The notes beneath the pieces are model-generated. The model worked only from the letters and a program-made list of their open reading frames with translations, did no database searches and was not told where the DNA came from. This document shows, one piece after another, positions 31,601 to 32,000 of a stretch of DNA of 32,000 nt. The DNA is from Trichodesmium erythraeum IMS101 (GTDB lineage: Bacteria > Cyanobacteriota > Cyanobacteriia > Cyanobacteriales > Microcoleaceae). Within the stretch, counting starts at the first letter, position 1; every line of letters starts with the position of its first letter. The stretch spans positions 4,410,001 through 4,442,000 of the forward strand of contig NC_008312.1 of assembly GCF_000014265.1 (NCBI RefSeq). Reading direction: 5' to 3'. The translations under genes were made by a program, and so were the position numbers.

Positions 31601-32000
31601 CGAACCTGCTGAATTATTCCCTGACTATTTTGGTGATTTTCTCCTATTAGTAAATTGAGAGAATTTTCGAGATTTTGCCAATAATTAGGAAACACTTTTG
31701 TAGTAGGTTTCTTTGTTCCTTGCAGTTTTAATGCTTCCCCTAAACTTTCATAAGCTCCTAATAAATTAGGATTTAATTCTATCGCCCGACAATAGCACGA
31801 TATTGCTTGAGAAATTACCTTTTGTTGCAGCAGACTATTTCCTAATATTAAATGTTCTTCTGCTGTAGCTTTTCCAGGCTCTAAACTGTAGGCTTGATAC
31901 AAACAGTTATCACCTTTTGTCTTCTTACCAACTTTTCTCCAAGCTATAGCTAGTTGACGGTAAGCATCAGCATAATTTGGCTGGATAACCAAAGATTTTT
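25624..32000 (-). CDS. Giant TPR-array protein with C-terminal beta-rich, GT-B-like and GT-A-like modules (5' end outside the window)
   Basis: The frame is open to the window edge: the track 'M' at 31992 is a TTG, and the preceding codons read KS. TPR blocks lie at ~31990-31700, 31140-30570 and 30130-28100. A non-TPR spacer lies at 31700-31140. In-frame 42-aa repeats lie at 30564-30187. A beta-rich region lies at ~27950-27420. The GT-B-like module (~27400-26560) includes NANRMIKAIALGVPVLATATPE. The GT-A-like module (~26470-25750) includes VAVLIYDYS and DWILLVSGNCIL. The tail is coiled-coil. Confidence 0.85.
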   Translation of the reverse strand, partial: KSLVIQPNYADAYRQLAIAWRKVGKKTKGDNCLYQAYSLEPGKATAEEHLILGNSLLQQKVISQAISCYCRAIELNPNLLGAYESLGEALKLQGTKKPTTKVFPNYWQNLENSLNLLIGENHQNSQGIIQQVRADDTIHIIQKPENFQRVVSKGVSRVISTFDLKSDLSDSVNYLESSLSVLENSQDKRVTNYKEITKTLAPNKPLIIEADVTNVYGNIEGEKTVMNSPKKANNNQIIHSTLKLKEISKVNEVKQINSTFLLKDMTSNGVRNIPNVYIQEAQKYYEEGFYEKAISQCQQAISLKIDVAAAYIIIGDSQKKIGEIKQAESSYKTALEIQQSYGLIYIVLGNLYVEYKILNLVIYCYEKALEIKLKVAENYYKLAMVLTELGETLGVLDFWYQAYSLEPKKVTANDHFNLGNKLYEKGKIAQAVSCYQNSIELNPNLGTVYYNLSLGLKCLGRWDEAVIYYHKAKEIWADKNQNQNTLKVDMNSDISAKLEAEYENGYQLNSAKIKDKVGENKNQNQKSLKVDMNSDISAKLEAEYENGEQLNSAEIKDKVWENKNQNQKSLKGDVNFNISAKLEDKYQNGHQLSAAEIERKSGELLQLNQIVTNQINYSQKAEVKELLKQAKTYYLEGLFSEAIAICYSVIKVEKNSEAYQIMGKAFQQKNQLDNAINCYAQALKLNPNDSGANYEMGNILALLPGKLEEAISYYRKAIEIEPYLTEAYYSLANILVNQNQLEKVVILYEKLIEIQPNLWEPHHNLGDILIKQEKFSEAISAYGHAIKLNPNSSVSYVKLADILAKVGELSQAINAYYKAIAIDPDFVDAYQYLGDALRNKGEKEEAIKVYRKAIEIRPQLWEVHHKLGSLFQETEELETAANAYRKSIELNPDFCWSYNNLGDVLVRLEKWSEATGVYSRAIELNPDFCWSYNNLGDVLVKLEKWPEAKSVYHQAIELNPDFPWNYYKLADVLVKLEDWEGAIAAYQKAIKLDPDRKDIKQYLADAENQLQEKIANAKQQQEANKKLTKAGQFGKILATQSKSDLEKIAVNNTIKVDANFAEYYHLQGDTLVEKGEKEKAIKVYRKAVEMEPESWEVHHKLGNLLQEIGKLEDAIAAYNESIELKPDLSWSYNNLGDVLVRLGKLNEAIKYYQKAIYLEPNFAWSYYNLAELCFLLEKWDEAVNAYRRFMEIQPDFSPEVEEKLNQALHQQVQGKLEQALSYYRQGIRNDPTDVKSYEKALEIKPDDAELYLGLGHAWIAKGQSEKAILAYQKAIDKNPDIFVWSRHNLKKTMQVGGLEQAFHAFRQAAKLNSQFQTQEVEKNKQDSLQFDTQNNTQTKTVFSTTKKNLLSNPQFLNLEELNICEGNIAPRDWELVIRPEWKVATQFVRNKEIPEINKELVDNDSFFYIKTQDVKQTNPRSYLRQIVRGIKIFEDTIITSSVQLCLQNTNRSEIVIAIFADDKLTNKIYQLSTKVHSNFGWSTTNISINLNKVVKNLPEEVHIGFYINLPTTSAGNLWLAFSELIVIDASSGFKPINFSFFPFGNYSKASARLRTWKLVDCLRKAGHLVTIGYSDKSDVYVFQKLRLFDQLNDRSKMQLRELKHENKVVVYDFDDNYVLPNQGTQEELVAFMNSVDVVTVGSQLLADFANKYHPNVFVLENPVDINTDDIVREPTPELKNIAWFGAPEGILQIKNVNIEEKITTITKGGDIEFEINTVDQTLTEFDLLIFPLEPTEWNLAKNANRMIKAIALGVPVLATATPEHRRVAREFNLGNHFLVNYDGNWNEKLTYLKTNFAQVQEEILVARQRALEIYSTQKITKNWFNNVLGSRKRWIPTQVKRNFTKTYQKNFLSQVAVLIYDYSVTKTFTTCIEESEVNWSDFGSQYIVATTPYEQELKIEKHGFQYLFPENDYLEIFKYFQQIIIEANQDWILLVSGNCILTQGIYEELDRHLSKSDAEPVLLLKVQSYGCLPDIQSNSIFDGIKFMINPNTPDVMLIKRSWVKPYIPLIQTQLNYWGWNITLLALNNQQKNNCCYVNIPVVLRGNSDIDSNLSRQYVKWLEIFPPKIPPQMPDITNQWRRIKHDIIQDIVTNFPDVLPISFTSALEKIDILNDELNRLKKKSR
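29163..29328 (-). repeat. Near-identical adjacent 102-bp TPR units (recent internal duplication)
   Basis: 29163-29226 and 29265-29328 differ at about 2 of ~65 positions, and a 46-nt block is identical. Both encode AIELNPDFCWSYNNLGDVLV(R/K)LEKW. Confidence 0.85.
30187..30564 (-). repeat. Three in-frame 126-bp (42-aa) tandem repeats inside the giant TPR gene
   Basis: The marker AAACT/AAAGT recurs at 30290, 30416 and 30542, an exact 126-bp period. The encoded unit is KNQNQ.(S/T)LK.D.N..ISAKLE..Y.NG.QL..A.I..K..E. Confidence 0.9.

Overview
The window looks cyanobacterial. The HIP1 octamer GCGATCGC occurs 8 times in AT-rich DNA. It also carries a PII protein with the cyanobacterial RGSEY T-loop and xisH/xisI and Uma2 remnants, which suggests Nostocales, but that is inference only. 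It splits into two parts. (1) In ~1-20300, intact housekeeping genes sit as islands: fghA, frmA, mnmG, glnB, ilvB, and a Na+/solute symporter with a small membrane partner. Between them are very long ORF-free, very AT-rich spacers and decayed accessory genes: an IS1-family remnant with a nested insertion, xisH/xisI stubs, a broken Uma2 gene plus a second fragment, a ParE/RelE-like stub after an orphan antitoxin, and possibly a tnpB stub at the left edge. Intact CDS cover only about 49% of this part, which fits genome erosion. (2) In 20305-32000, a tightly packed, fully intact minus-strand operon of five genes runs off the right edge. It encodes a giant (>2,122 aa) TPR-array protein with C-terminal glycosyltransferase-like modules, two SAM methyltransferases, a GT1/GT4-like enzyme and an 824-aa TPR-GT2-GT1 fusion. 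This TPR-guided glycosylation/methylation operon is my best candidate for an undescribed system. Other oddities: an RNase III-domain protein with its catalytic acidic residues replaced, lying between frmA and fghA; a 3 x 79-bp tandem repeat that encodes the same 16-codon mini-ORF three times; a ~90-bp dispersed element directly 5' of two unrelated genes; and a GC-rich, self-complementary island at the left edge. I found no rRNA, tRNA or CRISPR array.
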